A stretch of 64,000 nt of DNA, from the NCBI GenBank assembly GCA_002245135.1, contig NGBS01001176.1:1-64000 (forward strand), written 5' to 3'. The position numbers and the translations under genes are program-made. The notes under the pieces are model-generated. The model was given only the letters and a program-made list of their open reading frames with translations. It searched no databases and was not told the DNA's origin. Of the stretch, positions 27,708 through 39,548 are shown in pieces (positions within the stretch are counted from its first letter, which is position 1; every line of letters starts with the position of its first letter). The DNA is from Proteromonas lacertae (taxonomy: Eukaryota).

Positions 27708-27923
27708 ATAAACCATGGTAAAATTACTGTAATAATCAATGATGGTGAGGATATAATGGTATAAGTCCTCTTTCTTCATATTTTTGAAGTCTTTGTTGAA
27801 TTGATTCATGTTAATTAAATCCAAAAGTATTCTTTCTCGAGGCAGATTAGAAATAATTGGCTTAACTGGTTGTTCATTTACCACCTTTTTCGTCTCTTGA
27901 CAACCTATACAAGTGTCAGTATA
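27708..27923 (-). repeat. 216-nt inverted duplication of 25948-26163
   Basis: Near-identical reverse complement, with one substitution noticed (His to Tyr). Confidence 0.9.
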
Positions 27924-27975
27924 TACAAAGTAATATCTATCAAGCTAAGATTCAAACAAATTCTAGAGAGTGTAT

Positions 27976-28035
27976 TGTTCTGCGCCGTTTGTCATAGTTG
28001 GCCGTTTGTCTACCAGACACTTTTAAAACAAACTG
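27976..28035 (+). repeat. Truncated Ginger-type TIR (about 60 nt)
   Basis: TGTTCTGCGCCGTTTGTCATAGTTGGCCGTTTGTCTACCAGACAC. Confidence 0.85.
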
Positions 28036-28162
28036 ATAAAAATATGTAGTTCATTCAGTTTAATTTGTCTCTTCGCAAAAAATGCTGATAAAAATTTTTA
28101 TTTCTTAATTTTAAGTCATCTTTAATATTAATTATAATTTTTTATTTGTTTTATTTATTTTT

Positions 28163-29248
28163 GTGATAGTAATTTACAAATCAGATAATTATTATTACTC
28201 TTATATTATAAACAACAGTTCTAATAAAATAAATAATTATCTTTGTGTTTCTCATTCCAATCAATTTATTATTTTAAAATATGAATATAGATACTTATTT
28301 TTCAATGTTTCAACTTCTTTAAAAACTGTAAATTTTAATATAAATAGTAGTGATTGCTTGTATAAATCACAGTACAATTCTCTTTTACATGAAATTATGT
28401 TCAAAATTAAAGTATATCGATTTAAAAATGTAGTAATTAGTGAAAGTGGATCAATTCATTCTAAATACTTCAATTTAAGATTGTCACGAGGATGTAAATG
28501 TAAGATAATAGACAAAATATCTGAAGAAAATATTAAAAAATATAAAGAAGTGTTAGTTTTATCTCAATATTGGACTAGTGCGATATTTCATTCAATAATT
28601 GAATGTCTTACTAAAATATCATATTTCCTGCCATATGTATTATCTCATAATATATACATTCACATTGGTAGAAATAAAGCTGTAGATAACTACATTAAAT
28701 TGTTAGGTATAGACTTGAATAAAGTAATAACTGGTAATATCAAAGTAAAATATGCACATGTAGTTGAAAATAGCAAATGTGGTCAATCATCAGGAATTAA
28801 ACCTCTGTTTTATTTAAAAAATGAATTAATAAAAAGAAATAAATATTACAATCAACTTCAAAATATAATAATTCTAATTAATAGATTTGGCAGCAGGGCT
28901 ATTAAAAATTTCTATGATCTAGAGAAGCTTGTAAAAGATATTTTCGTAAATTATTTAATTTACATTTTTTATCCTTATACCAAATTTGATGATACATTAT
29001 TAATGTTTGGAAGAGCAAAATACATATTTGCTCCTCATGGTGCAGGGTTAAGCAACATAATTCTTTGTCATTCAGATACAGTTATAATAGAATTTCTTGC
29101 ATATTATATAACCAATTTATGTTATTCTAGTCTATCATTCACTCTAGGATACAAATACTATGGTATATTTCAACATTATGATGGATATAATTTTATATTA
29201 AATATAACATACTTAAGAATCTATATACTCACTAACATATGTGATTAA
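28163..29248 (+). CDS. GT61-like (DUF563) glycosyltransferase; start uncertain
   Basis: FHSIIE.L, INR..SRAI.N and APHGAGLSNIILC...IIEF. Confidence 0.8.
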   Translation: MIVIYKSDNYYYSYIINNSSNKINNYLCVSHSNQFIILKYEYRYLFFNVSTSLKTVNFNINSSDCLYKSQYNSLLHEIMFKIKVYRFKNVVISESGSIHSKYFNLRLSRGCKCKIIDKISEENIKKYKEVLVLSQYWTSAIFHSIIECLTKISYFLPYVLSHNIYIHIGRNKAVDNYIKLLGIDLNKVITGNIKVKYAHVVENSKCGQSSGIKPLFYLKNELIKRNKYYNQLQNIIILINRFGSRAIKNFYDLEKLVKDIFVNYLIYIFYPYTKFDDTLLMFGRAKYIFAPHGAGLSNIILCHSDTVIIEFLAYYITNLCYSSLSFTLGYKYYGIFQHYDGYNFILNITYLRIYILTNICD

Positions 29249-29303
29249 ATAAGTTGTAAAAAAAAATTAAATACATATTCATATAGAATATAAGTAATAG
29301 TTT

Positions 29304-30278
29304 ATGAATATACATATCAATATTTATCTATTCTTATTTTTATATTATTTTCTATTGATTATGATTATTTATATTAAATCACACATTTTAATTAAATATA
29401 ATACGTATTATTATTATATTAATGATTTTAAAAAAAGAATAAAAGAAGAATTATTATTTATTGATAAGATATATAAGAGAAATAAATCTATACTGTTATG
29501 TAGAAATTTAATATCAAAAACAATATACAATAAAAAAATTCTTAATAATTATAAAAACATCAACAGATGTAATTATTCATCCAATTTCTATAAAGTAAAG
29601 AGAAAGTATCTAATAGCAATTCATTCACATGTATCGCTTTTCTATGAAAGGTATGTATTTAGGGAAGTATATCGAAGTTATAAAAATATTCAACTTCTAT
29701 TTTTTGTTAGTTTAGATACAAATGAAACAATGAACTGTATTTTAAAACAAGAAATGTTATATTTTAAAGATATTATAAGATTTAACTTTTATGGTAATTA
29801 TAATAACCTTTATTATATGACTTATAATTTTCTATTGTGGGTAAAAGAATATAGACATTTATATGAATATATAGTAAAGCAAGACACTGATAGTTTTTTA
29901 AACATAAAACTACTATATGATATTACAAAATCATATGAAAAAAGAAGAAGCACTATTATTATAGGAAAAATATGGTTTTATAAGGATAATACAAAAATTT
30001 ATCCTAGTGGTATGTGTTATATATTTCCATCTTTTATACTTACCATAATGAATAAATATATAACTAAAGAATATTTAAAACTATATGATGGTTATCCTGA
30101 AGATATGTTTTTCGGTTTATTAGCTAGAAGAGCTAATATTACTTTCTATGATGTAGAAAATCAATTTCATTACAAAGTATATCTCCAACTCCCTAAATAC
30201 ATATATAGTATTTATAATGTGTTCTTAATTCATTCATTAAGAATATCAGAAATTGCCTTTCTTCATTATATGAGATAA
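29304..30278 (+). CDS. GT31 (beta-1,3-galactosyltransferase-like) type II membrane protein
   Basis: N-terminal hydrophobic anchor, E..FKDII, YNNL, KQDTDSFLN, YPSGMCY, EDMFFG. Confidence 0.8.
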   Translation: MNIHINIYLFLFLYYFLLIMIIYIKSHILIKYNTYYYYINDFKKRIKEELLFIDKIYKRNKSILLCRNLISKTIYNKKILNNYKNINRCNYSSNFYKVKRKYLIAIHSHVSLFYERYVFREVYRSYKNIQLLFFVSLDTNETMNCILKQEMLYFKDIIRFNFYGNYNNLYYMTYNFLLWVKEYRHLYEYIVKQDTDSFLNIKLLYDITKSYEKRRSTIIIGKIWFYKDNTKIYPSGMCYIFPSFILTIMNKYITKEYLKLYDGYPEDMFFGLLARRANITFYDVENQFHYKVYLQLPKYIYSIYNVFLIHSLRISEIAFLHYMR

Positions 30279-30327
30279 TAACTATGGCATATATAATCAA
30301 TATTGAACATTAAAAAATATATAAATC

Positions 30328-31617
30328 ATGTTAATATTGTTAATTTATATAACTATTATTATCATTATGTTCATTAATCTATTATTAATTTTTAATAAAA
30401 ACTATCTAAACAGCATTTTAATTATTATTCCTTCAGATGTTTATTATTTTAAAATGATAAAAAATTTCTATCAGCAAAATATATTGAAATATAATCTGAC
30501 AGATATATTTTTTGTTGTAGCTTATACACATGCAATGTATTTAGAATGCAAAAAACACAATATTCCTGTAAAAAGAATGGATAATCTTATAAGTGAAGAT
30601 AATAGTTCATATAAAATAACTTCACCAAATTTTATAAAGAAAACAAGGCTAAAACATCCTATTATCTTAAAATACTTAATACTATACAAAATAGTGCTAT
30701 TTTTAGATGCAGATGTTTATTTTCTTAAAAATCCAATTACTCTTTTACATTATTTTTGTAATGACTGTGATTTAATGATGCCATGTAATGATAAAGATTG
30801 TAAGTTATTAAACTATGGATTTCTTTTGATTAGAAATACTAAAAATTCAATAAAATATATAAAAGAATTAATAAGCATAGAAAGAAAGTGCAATTCATAT
30901 AAGTGGGAAGATGGAGAACAAGGAATTGCAAATAAATACATGAAGAGTATAACATATATGAAAATACAAAAGATGAATATCAATCATTTTATGGATGGAT
31001 ATAATTTCTTTTTATATAACTCATTCACTATTGATAGTAGTTTAAAAGACTTAATTGGTTTCCATAATGATTTTACTATAGGAGTTGATTCAAAAATATA
31101 TAGACTTAAGGAACTGGGTCTTTATGAAAATAAAATAGAATTGAACATGATTAACAATTCTAAATATCTATATTATAATGGAAGTACTTTCTTAAACATA
31201 AATACAACTATAAATATTTTAAATAATCTATTAGAACTAAGTAGATTACTTAAGAGAACATTAATTCTGCCAAAATTTGATTGCAATAAAAAAAGAAAAT
31301 GTACATTTGTAGAACTTTTTAATATAGAATGTCTCAATAAATGCAAAATTAAATATGAAGAAAATATATCATTTTTAATGTATGTTAATTAATAGGAATA
31401 TATTTTCTTAATAATATAATCAATATTTCGTACAATAAAATTGGATGATATAAATAATGTTAGATTTATTACTTATATAGATAATACAATACAATATAAT
31501 GAAAAATTAATTGTTTTTAATTCATTTAAAGGAAACAAATTTGATAATATTCATAAATGTATAATTTCAGATGATTATTGGCAAAGAAAATCAAATATGT
31601 GCAATTTTATACAATGA
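30328..31617 (+). CDS. GT77-like nucleotide-diphospho-sugar transferase; 3' exon structure uncertain after 31392
   Basis: VLFLDADVYFLKNP, LNYGF, EQGIAN, FHN....KIYRLKE.GL, RTLILPKF.C. Confidence 0.75.
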
Positions 31618-31639
31618 AACAAAGAAATGTTATATATTT

Positions 31640-32554
31640 TACTTCATCCAAATATAATGAAATAACATTATTAATTAAAACAATATTATAAAATATATAC
31701 CACCTAAAAATATGTTTTTAATAAAAGAGTAGCAATAGCTGTTTTATGAGGCAAGCAACAACCATATAATAATAACTTAACTAGTTTTTGTATTTAAGTG
31801 TTTTAATGATATTTTTCGTCTTTTATACAATCAGAAAATTTAAAAAACGTGGATTGACTCACTATTTTAATAACATTGCTTCTTGTCTTGTGTTGGGTTT
31901 ATTCATACAGTTATATCTACATAAAATAAACTAATTTGTATAAATAAAAATTCATTATATTCATACTATTTATTTCTATTTAGTGTAATTAATAAAACCA
32001 CCTAAAAAAATTCCCATAATCTTGTATATGAACTGTAAAAAGAAAAAATATAATATATATAATAATTGTATAAAAACAATGAAAATGAATATATTAATAA
32101 CACAATTTGAATAAATGATATTATTTTCAATGACGTGCACGATATTAAGGGTATAAATAAAGTAACAAAACAATAAATTTGTTCTTTAACAGATAATGAC
32201 CAAAAGTTTAAAATAAATTAATATTGGAAGAAATAAAATAATCTCTACTATCATTAATTAATTTATAATTGAATTTAATAAGAAGTATATAAAAACTGTC
32301 CAGCTCTAGATCTGTTTTTATTTTCTAAGAGATACTTTTTGTTTTATCCTTTTTCTTACAAAATCTAATAATCTTGATCTTTTATCATAAATATTTTGTA
32401 TGGATATAGTTATTAGGAAACCTGAGATTATAAAGAATTGATTAACCCCTAAGAAACCCTTTGGAATATATCTTGATGAAAAGTGATATAATACAATTAC
32501 AATACAAGAAAAACCTCTAATTGATTCAATAATATTAAAAAACCTAAAAATCAA
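31640..32554 (-). pseudogene. OafA-like (acyltransferase_3) O-acetyltransferase remnant
   Basis: IESIRGFSCIVIVLYHF..IPKGFLGVNQFFIISGFLIT, followed by hydrophobic but broken frames. Confidence 0.65.
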
Positions 32555-33098
32555 TATTATAAAGGATTGTTAATATAATATTCAATTCAACTACAATAGC
32601 ATTATCAAATACAATAGGTCAATTTCTAAATATTACTATACATATAAATATTTAGAAATAAATATATCTAGATAATGATATCTACCTGTTATGATTGGAT
32701 TATATATGACAGAACTATTCAATACACAAACATAATCAAAATCATTCTGAAATAACCATAAATAGTTCTTTTATTATTAGATTAAATGGTTACATTATTC
32801 AAAAATACGCTACATTATTTTCAATCCTAAAAGCTCGTGAAAGTTGATGTATTATCTGCAACTGCTACATTAATAACTTATGTATATGCAGCATTAGGTC
32901 ATAACTTATAAAGAATTATTTGGTAGTTGTGATACTAGTATTTGTGTTGATGTAGAAAATAATTGTTGTAAATAATACACATAAGTTATTCAATTGAATG
33001 ATTATATGTAAATGTGGGTAATTGATTTTTCATTAAAAAGAATAACCTTTATTAAAATGAATCACCACAATTATTAATGAACAGATCTTTTATATACA

Positions 33099-34251
33099 CT
33101 AACTAAAATTTGAGAAGTATAATGCTGGTATACAATTGTGAATTTTCATTTCATATTCAATAATATCTATACAACCATTTTCAACAACTTTTCCACTTTC
33201 ATCTAGAATTATAAATTTCTTCATATTTCCATAAAAATCAAAACCTCCAATTGAGAGAATAAGAAATGAAAAAGTGCTTCCCTTACTTAAAATTAAATAT
33301 TTTGCAGATGCAATAAGCATTATATCTCCAATAATTTTAGATATTTCATCTTCTGTTAAAGTCCTATTAATTATTGATACATGCACTGGACTAATGTATG
33401 GCATATATTGTTTATAGTCACACCCATTGGATATTATTTCTGCAATTTTATTATTAATTGTGCTTATAAAAATTGTGCTTTTATTACTTTTACTAAACTT
33501 TCTGATTACCTTATTAAATTCATTTGTAATTTTATAATTAATCGAACAATTTAATTGAAAACATTTATCTCTCATCCTGTAATGGATACCAATACTGTTA
33601 TTAAGATTATCTATACTTTGAATAAATGTGTTGAAAGAATTAATGTACTTCATTTTGAAGGTGATAAATCTTGAATATAGTAAATTATTGATTTCCAAAA
33701 TCTGAAATAATGTATCATTATTACTTGATCTATATATAAGACCATATTTTCGTAATAGAGTGTAGTATATTTTACATTTAACAACTGAAGGAATAATATC
33801 TACCAGACTCATAAATTTAATGAATTTCAGTTTAGAACTATACATCTTTCTATAAAAAGAGCAAGGATTTTCACATAGCTTTTTTGATATAAATGTTTTC
33901 CTATTCAAATAATAACTTTCGTTTTCTATAATATAAACATTGTGTTTTATAACAATAAATGATTTAATTAGTTCGTAACGATATACTACAATATATAATT
34001 TAAAAAATACTTAACATTTTTCTCTTACATAATAAAGACATAATTAAAGTAGAAGAAATACAATTTAATCTATTTGCTAAACCGTAATTTATTATTTCAG
34101 TGATTATAAATTTCTTATTAATATTATATACTGATTTGTCATTAATGTAAATACAGTAAGTGAATATAATAAATATAATAAATATGAGATTAGTTCTTTT
34201 ATTATTCAATTTTTGTATAACCGAATTCATAATAATTATACTTAACCACAT
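33099..34251 (-). CDS. Alpha-1,2/1,6-fucosyltransferase-like protein with a 25-nt intron at 33986-34010
   Basis: YGLANRL, IGIHYRMRD, LSKGSTFS; splicing joins the two ORFs in frame. Confidence 0.75.
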
Positions 34252-34849
34252 TTGTTTAATTAATATACCATTTTGCTAAAATATATATTTTATACAAAGA
34301 TTAGATTTAGTTTATTCGATTTTATACAGCGTTTGCAACTTGCTTAATGAATAGCTTTTATTATTGCTTACAAAAATTGTTAAAAAAACAACACTATCAA
34401 TTTCAATTGTTAAAAGAACACATCTCATAGTCAACTCTTACCTTGAGAAGTATATGAACTCCTAGGAAATCGTGAATTGACTTCTCCTGGTGATTCCAAC
34501 TATCCAGCTTCAACTAAGCGACATCCATATGATCAACACTCTTGATAGGTACCACGAAGTCATCTCGTACTTAGGAATATCGATCTCGTAAAGGCGCTTC
34601 AGTCTGGTAGCATCAACCAGGTTGCAATGAAGTTCACAGTAGTCCAGCGATTCCTTGATAAGTTGAAGCCACGTATCATAATAGAACCTTGATTGAGTGA
34701 ATGGGATAAGTGGCCTCTTCATCGTCCTCTCCATGAAGCTAAACAGATTGTAAATTCACCAGCTTAGCAAAGAGACTTCAAAGCGTGATTAAATTCATCA
34801 TCCTGAGGTAACCAACAGTAAATGCAGGAAAGTATCAGGAATTATAGCA

Positions 34850-35100
34850 CTTTTATATTTAAGAAAGGAATTATAGTCAATCTCAAGATATGATAGTAAT
34901 AACTTATAGTAGATCAGTAAGAAATTATATTATTTTAATTTACTGAAATCTATATTTTCTAACTATACAATTACACAATTATATCCTGATAATAATTTCA
35001 TTGAAACATTGTTAATATTTGGAAGAGCAAAATATATAGTTGCTCCTCATGGCGCTGGGTTAAGCAACATTATTCTATGTCATATAAATGTAATTGTTAT
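34850..35100 (+). pseudogene. Fragment of a GT61-like paralog
   Basis: Encodes FGRAKYIVAPHGAGLSNIILCH, matching about 29005-29070. Confidence 0.7.
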
Positions 35101-35130
35101 CTACTGTAATATTTAGGGTTATAAATATGT

Positions 35131-35312
35131 TGTTGTGCGCCGTTTGTTAGTGTTGGCCGCTTGTCTACCAGACACTTTTAAAACAAACTAAATACACAAT
35201 TACACTTCTTTTAATGAAAAATTGTTACTTTTATATTAACATTTTGTATATGATAGACATGTCACGATATGACTTAATTAGTCTATGTAACATTTTTTTT
35301 ACATAATCTACT
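35131..35312 (+). repeat. Unpaired Ginger-type TIR, near-identical to 35681-35862
   Basis: Direct sequence match. Confidence 0.85.
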
Positions 35313-35680
35313 ATAAATTTCCTAAATAAAGTGACAAACATATCCGTTTTTATAGACGTTTATTATTTTTTTGTTTTAGTATTTTTGTTTGTTGTGTTTA
35401 TAATTTACCCTATTAAAGTTGTATAAAAAAATATTTTGTTAAAGGTTATGCTACTACGATGGTTAAATGGAAGAGGAAGCCACAAATCAACTATGTATAT
35501 ATTTAGTTCTCTATATATTATAGACTTACTTGATTTTACCATATTATGTAATTATTATTTTAATTATATAGAGAAGTAACTTATATTACCAATTATTAAC
35601 ATAATTATATTATAAGGTAGCTATCATGATTATAAACATAATTAAATCATCATATTTATCAAAAATATATGAATAATATT

Positions 35681-36771
35681 TGTTGTGCGCCGTTTGTCAT
35701 AGTTGGCCGTTTGTCTACCAGACACTTTTAAAACAAACTAAATACACAATTACACTTCTTTTAATGAAAAATTGTTACTTTTATATTAACATTTTGTATA
35801 TGATAGACATGTCACGATATGACTTAATTAGTCTATGTAACAAATATTTTTACATAATCTATTAATACATATTAAGTACATGAATAATATAAAATATTAG
35901 CTTACAACTCACTTCTGTTGTTGATATAAATAAAAAAATGTAACTAAAACTTGAATTTTCTTACCCCCTTATTTGTACGAAAATCAATATTTTGATATAA
36001 ACACTTGTTTTATATGCACATGGTTTTCATTTAAATCTATAATTTTAGTTACAAAGTTAATATCTACAATATAAACAGAAATACAATCTTTAATCGACAT
36101 GAATTTCAAAGCTACAACAAATTAATTTATTTCATATTTCAATACCTTCTATAAAAATCATTCATTTCAGCGTGTAGCCAATTACATTATATTATTAACA
36201 CTTAGCTTCTTTTGTATAAATTACAAAGTTATAATTTATGTGTTGTTTTTTGTTTTATATAATAGTATCAATGATTATGAAATGATACACATAAGTTACA
36301 GAAGAAAATTGAGAAGTGAAAAATGTCTCCTAGACAAACGGCGTATTTCTAAATCTTCTCACGCCGTTTGTCTAGGAGACACTTTTGATTTCTCATATTT
36401 CATATATGAGATAATCATAATATATTATTAACAAATATAACAAAATTGAAATCAGAAAATATATTATTAACAAAATTAAAAATGACGTCAGAAGGGGTAT
36501 TATTCTTAATTCCTGTGTAACTGACACTTCTCATTTAGACATTATATGTCAATAAAAACATATAATTTGGAATATACATAATTTCTAGAATATATTTTGA
36601 TAGTTTTTATTCAATATTATGACAATTAATAGTTACTCATAGATGTAGGTTATATGACAAAGTAAGTATAAAAGTAACAATTTTTCATTAAAAGAAGTGT
36701 AATTGTGTATTTAGTTTGTTTTAAAAGTGTCTGGTAGACAAACGGCCAACTCTGACAAACGGCGCACAACA
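35681..36771. mobile_element. Non-autonomous Ginger-type element (MITE) with 5-bp TSD ATATT
   Basis: TGTTGTGCGCCG...CGGCGCACAACA termini; ATATT at 35676-35680 and 36772-36776. Confidence 0.9.
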
Positions 36772-37390
36772 ATATTCATTATTGATAATGTAACATGTAA
36801 TTAACTAAATGGAGGTAGATGGTAATTATTTTGGTAAATTTGAAGAGTGAACTTGGTCAATTACATAATTTTTAAACTAATTTATATATTGTTTAAACTA
36901 TATATATGTTATTATGAACTTTTTACTATTATATTTAAATGATATAATGACGATGGTTAGGAAGGTTTCTTTCATATTATTTGCATTTATTTTGGCTAAT
37001 TACTTAAAACATTGCTACCATCTTTAGGTTGCATTATGTTTTATAATTGTTGAGAAATATTAAAACATAATTTTATTTGAATTATTCTTTAATTTATATA
37101 TTGTTATATATATGCAATTACAACCTCAAGTTAACAATTCAAATGATGAACCAACAGATGATGATTATGAAGATGAAGAAGATGAAGATAATGCGCCAAT
37201 TGATATGAACAGAATAAGACATAGAAGAAGGCATAGAAGGAATCAAGTCATACCATTTCAAGATATAAGAGAAGATGATTTGAATAACTACAAGAAGTGA
37301 AAAGATTTAACAAAGCATTGATCATGATAATAGTATATAGTAAGGTCTACAGACCATTAGGCTCGAATGCTGTGCCACCAAGCTAGACCA

Positions 37391-37855
37391 CTAGTATTGA
37401 TCAAGCCTCAATTCTATTTTGCACAATCTTACTTTAGCTGCATCTTCAGGATGGCTTATCATGTATTGCCAATGAATAGCTTGCTCTACCATTTCCTGGT
37501 CTTTTCTTATTAAATCATCTCCCAGTATCTGTACCTCATCCATTATCCAAGTTTTAGAGAACATCTTCAAGATTCCCCACCACATTCTTATACGATCTCT
37601 AATCCAGCATAATTTGTTTCGTACCATTAGTCTTTTAGCATAAGCCTGGATCTTCTCAATACAATCCTCGATGAACGCTTTAAAAAGTACCAAATTATAA
37701 TCTGACAAGTCCTGTACGACACCAATTTTGACTAAACTGATGAATTGTGTACCATCTTTCTCAATGCGTGCTGCTATCTCTTCAAATCTACTTACCCATT
37801 CTTCAGTGTGCCTGTACACTTGATCCAAATCCCATTTGTATACTGATTGTCTCAT
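37391..37855 (-). CDS. Helical hypothetical protein near the putative left end of element B
   Basis: 154-aa ATG-TAG ORF with higher GC than its flanks. Confidence 0.45.
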   Translation of the reverse strand: MRQSVYKWDLDQVYRHTEEWVSRFEEIAARIEKDGTQFISLVKIGVVQDLSDYNLVLFKAFIEDCIEKIQAYAKRLMVRNKLCWIRDRIRMWWGILKMFSKTWIMDEVQILGDDLIRKDQEMVEQAIHWQYMISHPEDAAKVRLCKIELRLDQY

Positions 37856-39419
37856 AATTCTGATTTTTTAAATATGTAACGATTTTTTAATGAAATGAAT
37901 ATATTTTTGAAATCTCTTTTTTCTTATAGGGGAATTGCTCAAATCAAACTAGCTATTGAATTAACAATATTATTGGATAGCCGAACGTCGTAGCCAATTA
38001 ATAAGTATATATCTTATCTATTTCTAGTTCTAAGAATTTTAAGGTTTTATTATGTATTCAGGATACCCTTATGGTTATTATCCTTATGGATATATTAATC
38101 CACCTCAACAACAGCCACCACAAGGTACAGCTCCAGGTAATCAACCCATGATGCCACCAATGTATTATCCATTACCACCACCATATCCAGTTTATGGAGG
38201 AACAATGCCACCACCTTCTGGTCCAGCAACTACAACTGCTTCAACAACATCTACTTCTACAGCTCAACCAGGATATGTTACAGCGAAGAAACTTTCTTTG
38301 GTAAGTTAGGTTCACAACAAGATCCAGAAGACTTAGAGATGGTTGAGTTGTACTTATCTTGCAATGCTTGTCCATAGTTTATAACTAATGGCGTATATTA
38401 TAGACTGTTACTTTAAGATTTTATAAAAATGAGATACATTAAATATTGAATTTCTATAATTTCGACTTTTATATAATTTTATTATATAATTATAAAGATG
38501 AACAATAATGTAATTTATTCATATAAATGAACAATAAATGAATGTAATTTATCCCATATCATAATAGAATTGAAACGAATGAAATTGAAGTCCCCATATG
38601 ACGGAATCGATTTTTAACTATATTATCTATATTGGAATGAAACAAAATTATTATAATTCAAATGCTTATTAAGTGATTTACATTTATATATAATCACATG
38701 TAATTACTTAATTTCATATTTTATTATATATTTATAAAGATGAACAATAGTGTAATTCAAATTATTCATATTTTTAAATTGTGTAGTTGCTTTTTATTAT
38801 ATACCCAAGAATTAAAAATAATTAATAGAATATAAGAAATATAGAGTTTATTGCTCCTGGAGCAGCTTCTGTTGGGGTGCTGCTGTAGCTGTAGTGGTTG
38901 GAACTGATGGATCTACTGTTCCTGTTGAAGGACTATCAAAATCAGCTATAATCCCATCTAATTTAACGAACAGCATATTAGATCATATTACTCTCTCCAC
39001 TTCTTGAAACATATCATTTGAATTAATTGTATGAAGATAATCAAATCTTTTTATGACTTTTTCATTTTTCACACTGTAATAGATTATTGCTTTTTCTTTT
39101 ATGTTTCTTAATTTAACGAACAAACCAGCAATTTCATGATCTTGTGGATCTTCTTTTATAAACTAGTAAGACATATCATTTCCATAATACTTTAAAAAAT
39201 CATATAACTAGTGTATGCACTCTTTATCAAACTCATTATTGTAACCTAAAATTATATTCAACTTATAACGATGTTTAAATTGACTCATCACAAAAAATCA
39301 AGTGTAATAAGTATAAAAACCATATACAACATTTGATAAACAAGTTGAGTAAGGATGATTGTTATATTAAATCTAAAATCAGGTAATAAATATATTAATA
39401 TGATTACATGAGTTATAAA

Positions 39420-39514
39420 TTCCTCCTTTAAAAATCCTCTTTTTAAGAGGATTTATAAGAGGATTTTTATATCCTCTCTGAAAGAGGAAAGAGGATTTTA
39501 GTGTACCATCATTA
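39420..39514 (-). repeat. Probable hAT-like transposon end with subterminal AGAGGA(T) repeats, abutting the truncated PolB
   Basis: Several AGAGGA/TCCTCT copies in about 80 nt. The minus-strand terminus TAATGATGG resembles hAT (C/T)AGTGATGG ends. Confidence 0.45.
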
Positions 39515-39548
39515 ACACATTCCTTTTCATAATAATAACATTTGGATT

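Noticed and set aside
27976..36771. Glycan cluster as cargo of one Ginger element (27976 to 36771)
   Set aside because: The 36771 end pairs with 35681 through the perfect ATATT TSD, while the flank at 27976 is TGTAT.
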